A DNA stretch of 53,367 bases from a virus (taxonomy: Duplodnaviria > Caudoviricetes). Location: IMG/VR virus record IMGVR_UViG_3300037484_000460, positions 1 to 53,367 of that record; one strand, written 5' to 3'. Below the pieces are notes generated by a model. It saw only the letters and a list, made by a program, of their open reading frames with translations. It made no database searches and was not told the DNA's origin. The first letter of the stretch is position 1, and each line of letters opens with the position of its first letter. This document shows, in pieces, positions 1 to 10,033 of this stretch. The position numbers and the translations under genes are program-made.

Positions 1-127
1 CTCCTGGGCCCGGACGGGAAGCCCGTGGTTCGCGCCGCGGTCTCATCCGACTGCCCCCACTGCAAGGCCCCGATCGGACGCCGTCGTGTCGTCAACGGGT
101 TCGGTGAACCACAGGTGTGCTGTGGCA
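1..127. repeat. 127-bp terminal direct repeat, copy 1 (circular assembly overlap)
   Basis: Identical to 53241-53367; an ORF reads continuously across the junction. Confidence 0.95.
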
Positions 128-176
128 CGTGTGGGTACGACTTTCCCCCGGGCACCCCGGTGCCGAAGGAGGCCGC

Positions 177-437
177 TTGAAGGGCGCCGACTACATCGCG
201 GTTCGACGGCTCACGCTTCGCGAGGATGGCGACAAGCCGGGCAAGGACAGGTGGACCGTCCTCGCCGAGGTGGGCGAGACGTGCGAGCGCATCCCGCCGC
301 AGTTCCTCGCCGACTGCATCTCGTGCGGCGACATCCGGCCAGCGTCGGAGGGCACCGCGCCCACCGCCGACAACGTGCGCGAGGCCAACGCGAGACGGAA
401 GCGCGTGGCTCCGGCGCCCACGGAAGTGAAGGAGTAG
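177..437 (+). CDS. Hypothetical protein
   Basis: TTG start overlapping the previous stop, GGAGG upstream. Confidence 0.6.
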   Translation: MKGADYIAVRRLTLREDGDKPGKDRWTVLAEVGETCERIPPQFLADCISCGDIRPASEGTAPTADNVREANARRKRVAPAPTEVKE

Positions 438-441
438 GCCC

Positions 442-1434
442 GTGGCTCAAGGAAAGTACGGCTCGCCCTCGTGGTGGTTCCTCGTCGCCGGCTTCAACAT
501 GCTGGCGAACAAGCTCCAGGACCTCCGCTACAAGGTGACCTCCCTTCTCGAGCAGACGGACGGAGGCGGCGATTCCTGGCAGGAGCACACGCCCACGGGC
601 GTTGCCATGCTCGAGGTGTCCCAGGACGGTGCCTACTTCGACACCACGGCCGGGAACGTCCACGACGCCATGGCGGCCCAGCCCGGCGGGCTCGGCCCGC
701 AGTCGGTCGCGCGCGTGACCGCGCTCGGCTACGAGGGCATGGCCATCGGCTCCCGGTTCATCGGCGTACAGGGCACCTACAACCACGAGTACGAGGTCCT
801 CGGGAGCGTAGGCAAGCTCCAGCGCGCCAACGTCGGCTACAAGGTGAGCGGCCAAGTCGACGAGGGGGTCATCCTCCACACGACCACCGCGCCGGAGACC
901 GCGGACGCCAACACCGAGGCGTCGTCCGTGGACAACACGACGGTGCCACAGCGCGCGATCCCGATCACGTCCTCGGCCACGAACGACCGCATCACCTGCC
1001 CGGTGCCCCACGGTCTTACCGCGGGCGACACCGTGCTGATCTCGGGGCACGCTGGGAGCACACCGAACATCAACTCGGAGCAGACGGTGGCCTCGGTCAT
1101 CGATGCTCTGACGTTCCAGATCGCCACCGACATCACCGTTGGCGGTACCGGCGGCTCGTTCGTGCGGGGCGAGACGAACCAGGGCGGCGTCGCCTACCTC
1201 GAGTGGACCAACCTCGCCCTTGGCGGCCACAGCGGGGCGCTCGTCACGATCCGGCACTCCGTCAACAACTCCACGTTCGTCGACCTCGTGGCCATGACGT
1301 CGGCCACCGCGGCGCGAGGAGCGGAGCGCAAGACGGTCGCGGGCGAGGTCCGACGCTACCTCGCACAGGCGGTGGATTTCCAGGGGGCGGGCAGCCCCTC
1401 GTTCACGTACATGGCGGGTTGCGCCCGCAACTAG
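442..1434 (+). CDS. Tail tube-like protein with C-terminal accessory domains
   Basis: Position between tail terminator and chaperone; N-terminal ~135 aa paralogous to 1444-1878; RBS AAGGAG. Confidence 0.65.
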   Translation: MAQGKYGSPSWWFLVAGFNMLANKLQDLRYKVTSLLEQTDGGGDSWQEHTPTGVAMLEVSQDGAYFDTTAGNVHDAMAAQPGGLGPQSVARVTALGYEGMAIGSRFIGVQGTYNHEYEVLGSVGKLQRANVGYKVSGQVDEGVILHTTTAPETADANTEASSVDNTTVPQRAIPITSSATNDRITCPVPHGLTAGDTVLISGHAGSTPNINSEQTVASVIDALTFQIATDITVGGTGGSFVRGETNQGGVAYLEWTNLALGGHSGALVTIRHSVNNSTFVDLVAMTSATAARGAERKTVAGEVRRYLAQAVDFQGAGSPSFTYMAGCARN

Positions 1435-1443
1435 GAGGAAGGC

Positions 1444-1878
1444 ATGGCGGCAGGGAAACAGGGTTCGAGCGGCGTCGTCATAACCTATGACGACGCACCG
1501 GGCGGGACGCCTCGCACGATGACATCGCACATCCGCGAGATCGGTGGCGTCAAGGTCGAGGCGATCACGCAGCAGAGCAACCCGTTCGGCACGTCGTGGG
1601 AAGAGCACACGCCGAGCGGGATGGCGAAGACCAACGACGTCACCGTCCACGGGTCCTTCGACACCACGGCCACCACGGGCCCGCACGTCGTATTCCAGGT
1701 CCAGTCCGGCGACCGTGATCCGCAGGGCTTGCTTCGCACGTTCACGTTCTCGCCAGGGGACAGCAAAACCTTCACCTCGGAGACGCGCCTGCTGAGCTAC
1801 GAGGTGCTCGGCAAGAACGGCAACCTCACCGAGTACGAGGCGGTCATCCGCTTCAGCGGCGCTGGCGCCTGGTCGTAG
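1444..1878 (+). CDS. Major tail tube protein
   Basis: 144 aa, beta-rich, directly upstream of the tail assembly chaperone; RBS AGGAGG. Confidence 0.75.
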   Translation: MAAGKQGSSGVVITYDDAPGGTPRTMTSHIREIGGVKVEAITQQSNPFGTSWEEHTPSGMAKTNDVTVHGSFDTTATTGPHVVFQVQSGDRDPQGLLRTFTFSPGDSKTFTSETRLLSYEVLGKNGNLTEYEAVIRFSGAGAWS

Positions 1879-1965
1879 GCCCCATTCCGTACCGCGGTCC
1901 GGGTGCCGTCGAGAGGGGACGTCGCCCGGGCCGCACCTTTAACCCTCTCTTAGAGGAGATCGAGC

Positions 1966-2379
1966 ATGTTTGTCGGCAAGGTCGAAAAAGAGATCACGGT
2001 CGGAGACGGGACGCTCACGATCCGCAAGCTCTCCGCAAAGAAGCTCCAGAAGGCCCGCGATGCGCGCTCCCTGGCCCAGGCCGAGGGACTGAAGGTCATG
2101 GGCGGCGACGTGCTCAAGGCGATGTTCCGTAGCGACGAGGCCAAGGCGCTCAGCGCAGAGCGACCCAAGCTCACGCCGGAGGAAGAGCGCAAGGCGTTCT
2201 ACGCGGCCCACGATCGCGGCGTGATCCTGACCCTCGGCATCGTCTCGTGGTCCTGGGGACCGCTTCCGGACGACCCGCTCGACTTCGTAGACGACGAGAC
2301 GGCGGACGAGATCCACCGGACCATCCTCGACTACGCGGTGCCACCGAAGGCGGCCGAGGTCCCAAAAGGCGACGCCTAG
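1966..2379 (+). CDS. Tail assembly chaperone (gpG-like)
   Basis: Between tube and tape measure genes; slippery heptamer near the 3' end. Confidence 0.8.
   Translation: MFVGKVEKEITVGDGTLTIRKLSAKKLQKARDARSLAQAEGLKVMGGDVLKAMFRSDEAKALSAERPKLTPEEERKAFYAAHDRGVILTLGIVSWSWGPLPDDPLDFVDDETADEIHRTILDYAVPPKAAEVPKGDA
2361..2367 (+). other. -1 programmed ribosomal frameshift site C CCA AAA
   Basis: X XXY YYZ heptamer in the correct register, 3 codons before the stop; the -1 frame is open to 2714. Confidence 0.8.
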
Positions 2380-2714
2380 CCCTACACCAACTGCTCTCAG
2401 ATGAGACCCCGCACGATCCCGACATTCACCGGCTGTGGGCGGTCGCCACGGTCGCGCGGACGTTCGGGGTCCTGCCGTCTGTCGCAGCCCGGGCCATGGA
2501 GAACGATCCGGAGGGCCTCGACCTCGTGTGCGTGCCGCTCCTGCACTACGGAGACGCATTCCACGCCTACCGGAAGAACAGCAAGGCGGCGATGGACGCG
2601 TGGAAGAACGACCCCCTCATGGCCGAGGTGCAGCAACGTGAGTTCGAAGCCGCCGCTGGCGCCCTGGGCGTCTCGCTTGAGCCGGACGAGGGAGAGCCTG
2701 GCCCTGACGGCTAG
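2361..2714 (+). CDS. Frameshifted extension of the tail chaperone (gpGT-like)
   Basis: -1 frame PKRRRLALHQLL..ARTFGVLPS.. with no obvious start of its own. Confidence 0.75.
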   Translation, partial: PKRRRLALHQLLSDETPHDPDIHRLWAVATVARTFGVLPSVAARAMENDPEGLDLVCVPLLHYGDAFHAYRKNSKAAMDAWKNDPLMAEVQQREFEAAAGALGVSLEPDEGEPGPDG

Positions 2715-2769
2715 CGCACGCCAGCGGGCCGGCGAACCCCGTAGCTACGGCTCGTGGGGGGCATCGTAG

Positions 2770-5472
2770 ATGGCGGCCATCACGGTAGCAGAACTCCAGG
2801 CGATTCTGACCCTGCGCGATTCCTTGTCCCCGGCGCTCAAGCAAGTCGAGGCCAACGTCCAGGGCTCCGCGGTGTCCTTCGGCTTCCTGGAACGAATCGG
2901 GCAGCGGGCCTTCGATGCTCTGCTCGTCGGTGTGCGAGCGGTCGTGTCCGGTATCGTGGGCCTTGCTGGTGCGGCCATCCAAGCGGCCGGGGACTTCGAG
3001 CAGACGAACATCGCGTTTACCACCATGCTCGGCTCCGGTGAGGCCGCGGCGAAGTTCCTCAAAGAGCTTCAGGACTTTGCGGCGGCTACACCCTTCGAGT
3101 TTCCCGACCTGGTGCAGGCATCGCAGAAACTCCTCGCCATGGGCTTCGCGGCACAGAACGTCATCCCGATCATGACCGCAATCGGGGACGCTGCCGCCGG
3201 TCTGGGCGGCGGCGCCGCGATGATCGACCGGCTCACGCTCGCCATCGGCCAGATGCAGGCCAAGGGCAAGGTGGCGGGCGGCGAGATGCGCCAGCTCGCG
3301 GAGGCCGGCATCCCGGCCTGGAAGTTCCTGGCCGACGCCATCGGGGTCTCGATTCCCGAGGCGATGAAGATGGTGGAGAAGGGGGCCGTCTCCTCCGCCA
3401 CGGGTATCACCGCGATCCTCAAGGGCATGGGCACCAACTTCGAGGGCCTGATGGAGCAGCAGTCGCAGACGCTCCTCGGGAAGTGGTCCACGCTCAAAGA
3501 CAACGTCGGGTTCATCCTGCGCGACCTCGGGGCGGCGTTGATCCCCGCGGCGAACGCCATGGTCGACGTTACGGCGCCGTTCCTCGAGCTGCTGCGCGAC
3601 CTCGCCAAGGTAGCCGCCGAGAACAAGGACGGGCTCGTTGCGCTGGCGCGTGATGGACTTGGGCTCTTGAGTGCCGGCCTACAAACGGCGCTCGTCGGCA
3701 TCGGTGCCGTGAACGAGGGGTTCCTCAAGGCCCGGCTGGTCTACATCGACATCATCGGCTGGCTGACTAAGATGGCGTTCGCCTTCGAGTTCCTTCAGAA
3801 GGTCAAGGAGCATCCGCTCCAGCTTGCCGGCGCGTGGGAAGAGCTGAAGATCAAGGTCCAGGCCACGGATATCGTAACGAATCAAATGAAGGTCAGCGCC
3901 GAGGGTCAGGCCGGCGCGATCGCAGGCCTCGTGGACAAGGTCGGCTCGGCCAACGCGAAGTTCGCGGAGCTCGCCGCCGGTACGCGCACCCTCGGCACTG
4001 CCACGAGGACCCAGGCGGGAGACTTCGACCTCCTCGGTGGTGCGGCCGCCGAAGCAAGCGAGGAGATCAAGAAGCTCGCCGCCGAAACAAGGAAGCTCCT
4101 GGAGACCGAGGCCGCGCAGTCCTACGAGGACATGGCCAAGGAACTGAAGGCGCTCGGCGAGGAGGGCGCGGCCGAGGCAGCGGAATCACTCGAGGCCATG
4201 GTGAAGGAGGCCAAGGCCCTCAAGGAAGCCGACCTCGCACAGGCCGGTGACGAGGCCGCAAAGTCCTTCGAGGGAATGGCCAGTGAGCTGAAGGATCTGG
4301 GTCCGGCTCCCACCCTATTCGACGAGATCGCTAAGGCGATCGGCGGTGCGGTGCAGATCACGGACGCTCTTGAGTCCGCCTTCGCCCAGATGGGGATCAG
4401 CGCGGACCACGGCATCGGCCAAGCCGTGAAGGGCCTCGGGGACCTCGCCCATGCGGCGTCGGATGTCGCCAAGGCCGTCGCCACCGGTAACCCGGTGCAG
4501 ATCATCGCGGCGTCGATCAGCGCCCTGGGAGGCGTCATCTCTGGGGTGAAGAACATCTGGAACGGTCTGTTCGGCAAGGGCGAGATCATGAAGGTCAACG
4601 ACATGCGCGACGCCTTCTTCGCGGCGCATGGCGGGTTTGCTGCGTTCGGCGCCGAGATGGCCAAGGTCTCCGGCGAGGACTGGGCGGCCAAGATCTTCAA
4701 GGCCACGACGGTCGAGCAGTTCAACGCCCTCGTGAAGGAAGCGCAGGGGCTCCTCGACACCCAGGGCCAGGCCCAGGAAGCGCTCAACGCCGCGGTCGAG
4801 AAGTACGGGTTCACGATCGACGAGCTGGGCCCGAAGTGGGCGCAGCAGGAACTCGACATCAAAGCCGGCGAGCTGCTGAAGGACTACGAGCTGCTCAAGG
4901 CCAGCGGCATCGACGTGAACACGATCATCGAGCGGATGGGGCCGAACCTCAACGAGTACGTCCAGAGCGCGATCAAGGCGGGCTCCACGATCCCCGAGGC
5001 CATGCGGCCGGTTATCGAGAAGATGATCCAGAACGGGGAGCTGCTCGACGAGAACGGGAAGGCGTACGAGTCCGTGGAGGCCGCCGGGCTTTCGTTCTCG
5101 AAGACGCTGAGCGAGGGCATGGCCGAGGTGGTCGAGCAGATCAAGGCCCTCGTCGCCGCGCTCACCGGCATCCCGCAGTCCGTCTCGCCGATTCACGTGC
5201 CGGTGGTCTACGACGACCCCGGGTACGACGGGCGCCCCGGGCCCGAGGAGCACGCCGCTGCCGCGGGCTTCTCCGGCATGGTCTACGGGCCCACGCGCTT
5301 CCTCGTCGGCGAGTCCGGCCCCGAGCACGTTCAGGTGACACCCGCGGGCAAGGGTGGCCCCGGGCCCTCGAATGCCGACGTCGTGAGCGCGATCAACGGG
5401 ATGCGCTCCGACCTCCGCAACCTCCCGTACGTGCTCGCCAAGGCCACCACCGCGGCCTGGGCGAAGGCGTAG
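2770..5472 (+). CDS. Tape measure protein
   Basis: 900 aa, Ala-rich and helical; tape-measure domain motifs (FAAATPFE, AIGQMQAKGK, LAEAGIP, WSTLKDN). Confidence 0.95.
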   Translation: MAAITVAELQAILTLRDSLSPALKQVEANVQGSAVSFGFLERIGQRAFDALLVGVRAVVSGIVGLAGAAIQAAGDFEQTNIAFTTMLGSGEAAAKFLKELQDFAAATPFEFPDLVQASQKLLAMGFAAQNVIPIMTAIGDAAAGLGGGAAMIDRLTLAIGQMQAKGKVAGGEMRQLAEAGIPAWKFLADAIGVSIPEAMKMVEKGAVSSATGITAILKGMGTNFEGLMEQQSQTLLGKWSTLKDNVGFILRDLGAALIPAANAMVDVTAPFLELLRDLAKVAAENKDGLVALARDGLGLLSAGLQTALVGIGAVNEGFLKARLVYIDIIGWLTKMAFAFEFLQKVKEHPLQLAGAWEELKIKVQATDIVTNQMKVSAEGQAGAIAGLVDKVGSANAKFAELAAGTRTLGTATRTQAGDFDLLGGAAAEASEEIKKLAAETRKLLETEAAQSYEDMAKELKALGEEGAAEAAESLEAMVKEAKALKEADLAQAGDEAAKSFEGMASELKDLGPAPTLFDEIAKAIGGAVQITDALESAFAQMGISADHGIGQAVKGLGDLAHAASDVAKAVATGNPVQIIAASISALGGVISGVKNIWNGLFGKGEIMKVNDMRDAFFAAHGGFAAFGAEMAKVSGEDWAAKIFKATTVEQFNALVKEAQGLLDTQGQAQEALNAAVEKYGFTIDELGPKWAQQELDIKAGELLKDYELLKASGIDVNTIIERMGPNLNEYVQSAIKAGSTIPEAMRPVIEKMIQNGELLDENGKAYESVEAAGLSFSKTLSEGMAEVVEQIKALVAALTGIPQSVSPIHVPVVYDDPGYDGRPGPEEHAAAAGFSGMVYGPTRFLVGESGPEHVQVTPAGKGGPGPSNADVVSAINGMRSDLRNLPYVLAKATTAAWAKA

Positions 5473-5475
5473 CCC

Positions 5476-7032
5476 ATGGGGGTCGCCTACACCACGCTCG
5501 CGATCGAGGCCGAGTTCGCTGGCGTCGGTGGCGGGTGGACCAACATCACCGGGGACATCCGCAACGCCAACCAGCAGATCACTGTCAGCTACGGGATCCG
5601 CGGAGGTGGCCCCACGGCACTCGTCGCAGACCAGGGCATCCTCACCATGGCCATGAACAACGTGGCCGGCGGGGTCCTCGGCTACTACGCCCCGAGCCAC
5701 GCGAGCCACCGCTCCGGGTTTGGCCTCGGTATCCGTGTCCGGCTCAGCGTGGTCTCGGGGGGCGTCACCTATTACAAGTTCTTCGGCACCATTGATTCGA
5801 TTCGGCCGGAGCCCGGGAAGCTCAACCGAATCTCCACGGTGCGCGCCGTCGATTGGATGGACGAGGCTGCGCGGTACCAAATCCAGGGGATCCCCGCATC
5901 GGTAGGCGTCCGCGCCGATCAGGTGCTCACCACGATCCTCGCGGCGATGCCGAAACAGCCGAACGCTACCAGCTTCGGCGTGGGCTCGGACACGTACCGC
6001 TACGCGCCGGCCATGGGCGGCACCGAGAAGTTCACGTTCCTGTCCGAGGCCCAGCGGTTGATGATGTCGGAGCTGGGCCTGCTCGTGATCCGGGGCGGGA
6101 CCGCGGCCGCGGCCGCGGGCACTCTCGCGTTCATCTCGCGCGGCCAACTCGTCACGAGCCCCTACAACGTGTCACAGGTGACGCTCACGGACACCATGAT
6201 CTCGCTTCCCGCGGAGATGTCGCGCGAGGCGGTGCTCAACGTGTTCCGCACCGTCACTCACCCGAACCGTGTCGACCCTCTCTCGAGCAGTGCCGTGGTG
6301 CTGTTCTCGATGCCAGAGCCGCTCCAGATCACGGGCGGCGCGGCGGCGATCACGATCCTCGGCCAGTACAGCGACCCGGCGCAGCAGGCGCAGCGCGTCA
6401 GCGGCTACGCCATGATCGGGTCAGCCGGTCAGCCCGCGATGGTCAACGGATTCGACTACTACTTCACGGCGAACCCGGACGGCACCGGGGCCGACCTCTC
6501 TGGCTCCCTGACGTTCACACCGAGCCCGGGGTCCGAGGGCGTCCGCTACGTGGTGTCGTCGAGCGTCTCTGGGTACTTCTGGGCCCAGGCACGCGGCTAT
6601 GGTCTCTACGACTACGACGCGACGGTCACAGAGAAACGGGATACCGCGAGCGTCACCGCGTACGGTGAGAGCCCGGTAGACCTCGACCTCCACTACCAGC
6701 ACGACCCCACGTTCGGTCAGAACGTCGGGCTCTATCTGCTCGCGTTCTGGAAGGATCCCAACACGCTTGTCGAGAGCGTGGGCTTCTTCGCAAACGACTC
6801 CTCGACCAACATGCTGCACGCGCTCGCGCGGGAGCCCGGGGACCGGATCACCGTCGCGGAGACGAGCACGGGTGTCAACAAGGCGTACCGCATCCAGTCG
6901 GTGGACCTGCTGTTCAAGGACAAACTGCTTTGGTGCACGTGGGGGCTTTCGCCCATGGCGGATACCACCGACTACTGGGTGCTCGAAGAGGGCGGATCGG
7001 CGCTGGGCACGAACACGGTGATTGCGTTGTGA
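5476..7032 (+). CDS. Tail tip / baseplate hub protein
   Basis: Follows the tape measure gene; AYGE..D and EPGDRITV hub-type motifs. Confidence 0.75.
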   Translation: MGVAYTTLAIEAEFAGVGGGWTNITGDIRNANQQITVSYGIRGGGPTALVADQGILTMAMNNVAGGVLGYYAPSHASHRSGFGLGIRVRLSVVSGGVTYYKFFGTIDSIRPEPGKLNRISTVRAVDWMDEAARYQIQGIPASVGVRADQVLTTILAAMPKQPNATSFGVGSDTYRYAPAMGGTEKFTFLSEAQRLMMSELGLLVIRGGTAAAAAGTLAFISRGQLVTSPYNVSQVTLTDTMISLPAEMSREAVLNVFRTVTHPNRVDPLSSSAVVLFSMPEPLQITGGAAAITILGQYSDPAQQAQRVSGYAMIGSAGQPAMVNGFDYYFTANPDGTGADLSGSLTFTPSPGSEGVRYVVSSSVSGYFWAQARGYGLYDYDATVTEKRDTASVTAYGESPVDLDLHYQHDPTFGQNVGLYLLAFWKDPNTLVESVGFFANDSSTNMLHALAREPGDRITVAETSTGVNKAYRIQSVDLLFKDKLLWCTWGLSPMADTTDYWVLEEGGSALGTNTVIAL

Positions 7033-7775
7033 GGATACGAGGCTTGCGATGGCGCGAGGCGGAAGGGCTCGTCGCGATGGAAGGCCGCCCAGATGTTGCA
7101 GCGGTGGCACGCGGCCACGAGATTCTCGGGCGAGCAGTTCAGTTTGTTGTGATCGAGGTGGTGAACGTGCAGCGGGCGTTTCAATTCGCCCTGGTGCTTG
7201 CCGCAACGCTGGCAGTGGTGTCCGTCGCGAGAGCGGATCTGCCGTTTGAGCCGTGGTGTGAAGCCCGGCCCGTACTGATTTTTACTGAGACCCCCACGCC
7301 AATTCGGATGCTTCGCCCCAGCGAAACGTCCGAGCATGTAGGCGGAGAGTTTCGCGGCGCCGCGAGCCCGGGCCTCGGCGGAGATCGGACCGAAAATCGG
7401 CTTGCCGCGGCCGATGGCGTTCTCGCGGGCCTTGGCCCGATGTGCTTCGCCATGCTTCCAGCCACGAGCCACCGGCTTCCCGGCTGCGCGATTCGTCCAA
7501 TAGGTTGCTCGCTGTTTCGCGATCCATTCTGGCTTCTGTTCCCGTCCTTTGAGGATCGCGCTGATATCCGGTCTCGGTATGCCCGTTCTACTTCCTGGGC
7601 GCCGACTTCCAAGCGCCCGCTTCGACGGTGCGTGCCCCTTCAGCCAGCGAACAGGCTTCTTGGTTCTCCCAATCGGGATGACCAGTCCTCCACAGCCACA
7701 CTCGCACGGGGCCTTGGGGAGGCCGAGTCGGTACTTAAGCCATCGTTGCTCGTGGGGACGAAGCGGCTTCGCCAC
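6972..7775 (-). CDS. HNH homing endonuclease
   Basis: CECGCG N-terminus, HPNWRGG, RDGHHCQRCG..LHVHHLDHNKLNCSPENLVAACHRCN. Confidence 0.9.
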   Translation of the reverse strand: MAKPLRPHEQRWLKYRLGLPKAPCECGCGGLVIPIGRTKKPVRWLKGHAPSKRALGSRRPGSRTGIPRPDISAILKGREQKPEWIAKQRATYWTNRAAGKPVARGWKHGEAHRAKARENAIGRGKPIFGPISAEARARGAAKLSAYMLGRFAGAKHPNWRGGLSKNQYGPGFTPRLKRQIRSRDGHHCQRCGKHQGELKRPLHVHHLDHNKLNCSPENLVAACHRCNIWAAFHRDEPFRLAPSQASYPHNAITVFVPSADPPSSSTQ

Positions 7776-7819
7776 GCTACGTATGGTACCGCGACACGCT
7801 GTCAGGGGAGGACCTAAGA

Positions 7820-8689
7820 ATGGCGTGGACCACTCCGCGTACTTTCGTTGCGGCTGAGCTTTTAACAGCTTCGATTTTCAACACTCATCTACGCGACAAT
7901 CTCAACTTCCTTAGGGACACGCTTCTAGGATCATCTGACCTCGGGAGCAACTGGAAGATCAGCAGCGGGCGGAAGCTGACCATCGCGAACGCGACGAGCA
8001 TTGTAGGTGATGCAACCGCCGTTCTCCAGGTGAGCCGAAGCGCAGCAAACGAGACCGATGGGCTACTCCTCGAGAACGCCAACGTTGGCGGCTGGGGAAA
8101 CTCGATTCGGTTCTACTCGCGCCAAAACTTCTCCGGCAACCTCATCAAGGAAGCGGCCCGGCTCATGTGTACCGGATCGGAGTCGTGGACTAGCGACGCG
8201 CTTACGTCCTCGAATTTCGAAATCCACACGATCCTCGACAACACGCTGACGAAGGCGGCCGTCTTCTCTGGGCAGGGTTTGAATGTGCCCGCTGGCCTGG
8301 GCTTGGCCGTAGGCTACACCGGGGTGCCCACTGCGGGGGCGCTCATGGTGGGAGACGCAGACTTCAAGCTGTATCTGTCCAGCGGGAACCCGACGATCCA
8401 GTTCAACTCTGCCGGCGCCGGCATCCAGTTCGATCGGAGCAACTCCCATCTCGATCTCGGAGGAGCACTCCTCGTCAATGTGGTCGCGGGGCAGCAGGGG
8501 GTGACGATTGGAAGTACCGGGACGGCCAACAACGAGGTGAGCACCATCATGATGGGAGAGCGGGCGGACCCTGCGGCTCCGGCAGCCAATTACGTTCGAA
8601 TCTACGCCAAGGACAACGGCGCCGGGAAGACCCAGCTCATGGCCATCTTCGCCGCTGGCGCTGCTCAGCAGATCGCGATTCAGCCATAG
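7820..8689 (+). CDS. Tail fibre / minor tail protein
   Basis: MAWTTPRTFVAAELLTASIFNTHLRDNL N-terminus typical of fibre anchors; Gly/Ala-rich beta sequence. Confidence 0.75.
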   Translation: MAWTTPRTFVAAELLTASIFNTHLRDNLNFLRDTLLGSSDLGSNWKISSGRKLTIANATSIVGDATAVLQVSRSAANETDGLLLENANVGGWGNSIRFYSRQNFSGNLIKEAARLMCTGSESWTSDALTSSNFEIHTILDNTLTKAAVFSGQGLNVPAGLGLAVGYTGVPTAGALMVGDADFKLYLSSGNPTIQFNSAGAGIQFDRSNSHLDLGGALLVNVVAGQQGVTIGSTGTANNEVSTIMMGERADPAAPAANYVRIYAKDNGAGKTQLMAIFAAGAAQQIAIQP

Positions 8690-8698
8690 GGAGGGCGC

Positions 8699-9022
8699 GT
8701 GGTAAAGCGCATCGTGGTGTTCGATCCACCGAGCTTCGCGCTCGCGTACGAGACCTTGGCGACGTGGCAGCCAGGACCGAAGGAAGATGCGGCTGCGTCC
8801 GCGCTGGAGAAGCTCGGCCAGCATGGCGAACCCGTGCGGACCGAAAACCCGGATCTGTTCCTGCGAAAGACCGCCGATGACATCACGGTTGAGCTGCTGG
8901 AGTCCGAGAAGGATGTGCTACTCGACGCGATCCGAGCCCGCAACTGGCACACGTTCGCGCTGGCGAAGAAGCGGCGGACCGTGGAGTTGCTCACGAACGC
9001 GCAGACGGTCGAGGCTACTTGA
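8699..9022 (+). CDS. Hypothetical protein (possible fibre chaperone)
   Basis: RBS GGAGG; last gene of the late operon. Confidence 0.6.
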   Translation: MVKRIVVFDPPSFALAYETLATWQPGPKEDAAASALEKLGQHGEPVRTENPDLFLRKTADDITVELLESEKDVLLDAIRARNWHTFALAKKRRTVELLTNAQTVEAT

Positions 9023-9458
9023 GGTAGCCGACCACGTCCAGAATGACGTGGACGGATCCTCCAGGGACGCGCGCGAGCGCCACCAGATCGGCCGCGCCTT
9101 CCGGCCCCTGGCCTGTCGGAGTCAGCCTGACGATGGCCATGTTGGCGATCGTCTGCCCGGCTGAGAAGTTGAGGGTTGACGTCGGTGGGACGGATGCGAG
9201 GGGATCGAAGATGCTGAGATGCCCCGCCACAGTGCCCCCCGTCACGGTGACGTTGAGGATCACGCCGCCCGCGCCTTCGGGGACATCGCACGCGCCCTCG
9301 ATGCGAAAGAAGCGGTAGCCATCCAGGGGGCCCAGGGCGCTCTCTCGCGTGTCCACGAAGCGGCACGGCTCCACGAGGTACACCGACAAGGGCCCCACGG
9401 GAGCCGCCTCCGCGCCCACCGTCCACAGCACCAAGGCCAACCCGATCAGCGTCCGCAT
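9015..9458 (-). CDS. Secreted protein with a PCRxxDTR..LNVTV..DVVGY surface-protein domain
   Basis: Sec signal peptide MRTLIGLALVLWTVGAEA; RBS AAAGGA. Confidence 0.8.
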   Translation of the reverse strand: MRTLIGLALVLWTVGAEAAPVGPLSVYLVEPCRFVDTRESALGPLDGYRFFRIEGACDVPEGAGGVILNVTVTGGTVAGHLSIFDPLASVPPTSTLNFSAGQTIANMAIVRLTPTGQGPEGAADLVALARVPGGSVHVILDVVGYLK

Positions 9459-9459
9459 G

Positions 9460-9633
9460 TCACACGTCCTTTTCTGGAGGGATGGTCACGCCGTAGGCCG
9501 CGAACGCTCTTGCGGCCCGCTTGCCAGCACGAGCGAGTCGCCAGAACGAGAAGCGAAGACGCCAGCACTGGACGTGCAACCGCAGGCGCCACCAGCGGGC
9601 GCGGAGGACTTCCAGCGATGGGTTGGCGCTCAC
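9460..9633 (-). CDS. Hypothetical protein
   Basis: GTGA overlap with the upstream gene. Confidence 0.5.
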   Translation of the reverse strand: MSANPSLEVLRARWWRLRLHVQCWRLRFSFWRLARAGKRAARAFAAYGVTIPPEKDV

Positions 9634-9887
9634 GGCTTCTCCGCCTCGGCCACGAGCGCGGGCCAAGTACACCCAGAATAATGGACGCCACGGGTTAGGC
9701 AGCAAGGGCAAGGCGGCTTGTCTCGCCATGCGGCACGTTGTTGCACCACGGCCCTGATCAGCGCGCGGAGGCGCTCCGTTTCGTCGGAGATGCGCTTCAG
9801 CTCGACCGCCGGGAGGGTTACGCTCACCATCTCGAGCGACATGCTGACGTGGGCCGTGCCGTCGGCGTCGATCGTCTTCTCGATCAT
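9630..9887 (-). CDS. Hypothetical protein, Cys/His motif CPCC..HYSGC
   Basis: ATGA-coupled to the RHH gene. Confidence 0.65.
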   Translation of the reverse strand: MIEKTIDADGTAHVSMSLEMVSVTLPAVELKRISDETERLRALIRAVVQQRAAWRDKPPCPCCLTRGVHYSGCTWPALVAEAEKP

Positions 9888-10027
9888 CGCGCCTTCTTCC
9901 CGGCCGCCTCGCGCACGAGCCGCGCCAGGACCGCCGTCTTCGTGGTCCCCTCTCGGCGAGCCAGGGTCTCCAGCATCCGCTTGACGTCGGGGGAGAACCG
10001 GAACGAGGAGTGGGGTGTAGTGCTCAC
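9884..10027 (-). CDS. Ribbon-helix-helix (CopG/Arc-like) regulator, 47 aa, not in the ORF track
   Basis: MSTTPHSSFRFSPDVKRMLETLARREGTTKTAVLARLVREAA; directly after a sigma70 promoter. Confidence 0.8.
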   Translation of the reverse strand: MSTTPHSSFRFSPDVKRMLETLARREGTTKTAVLARLVREAAGKKAR

Positions 10028-10033
10028 GTCCTC

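Noticed and set aside
1-127. Terminal repeat as a biological direct terminal repeat
   Set aside because: 127 bp equals a common assembler k-mer length and the junction falls mid-gene; it indicates circularity only
211-6147. Long minus-strand ORFs (211-1686, 4315-6147; likewise 12483-13694 and 39331-40665)
   Set aside because: Codon-aligned shadows of clear + strand genes in GC-rich DNA, with no motifs or expression signals, unlike the intein-nested gene
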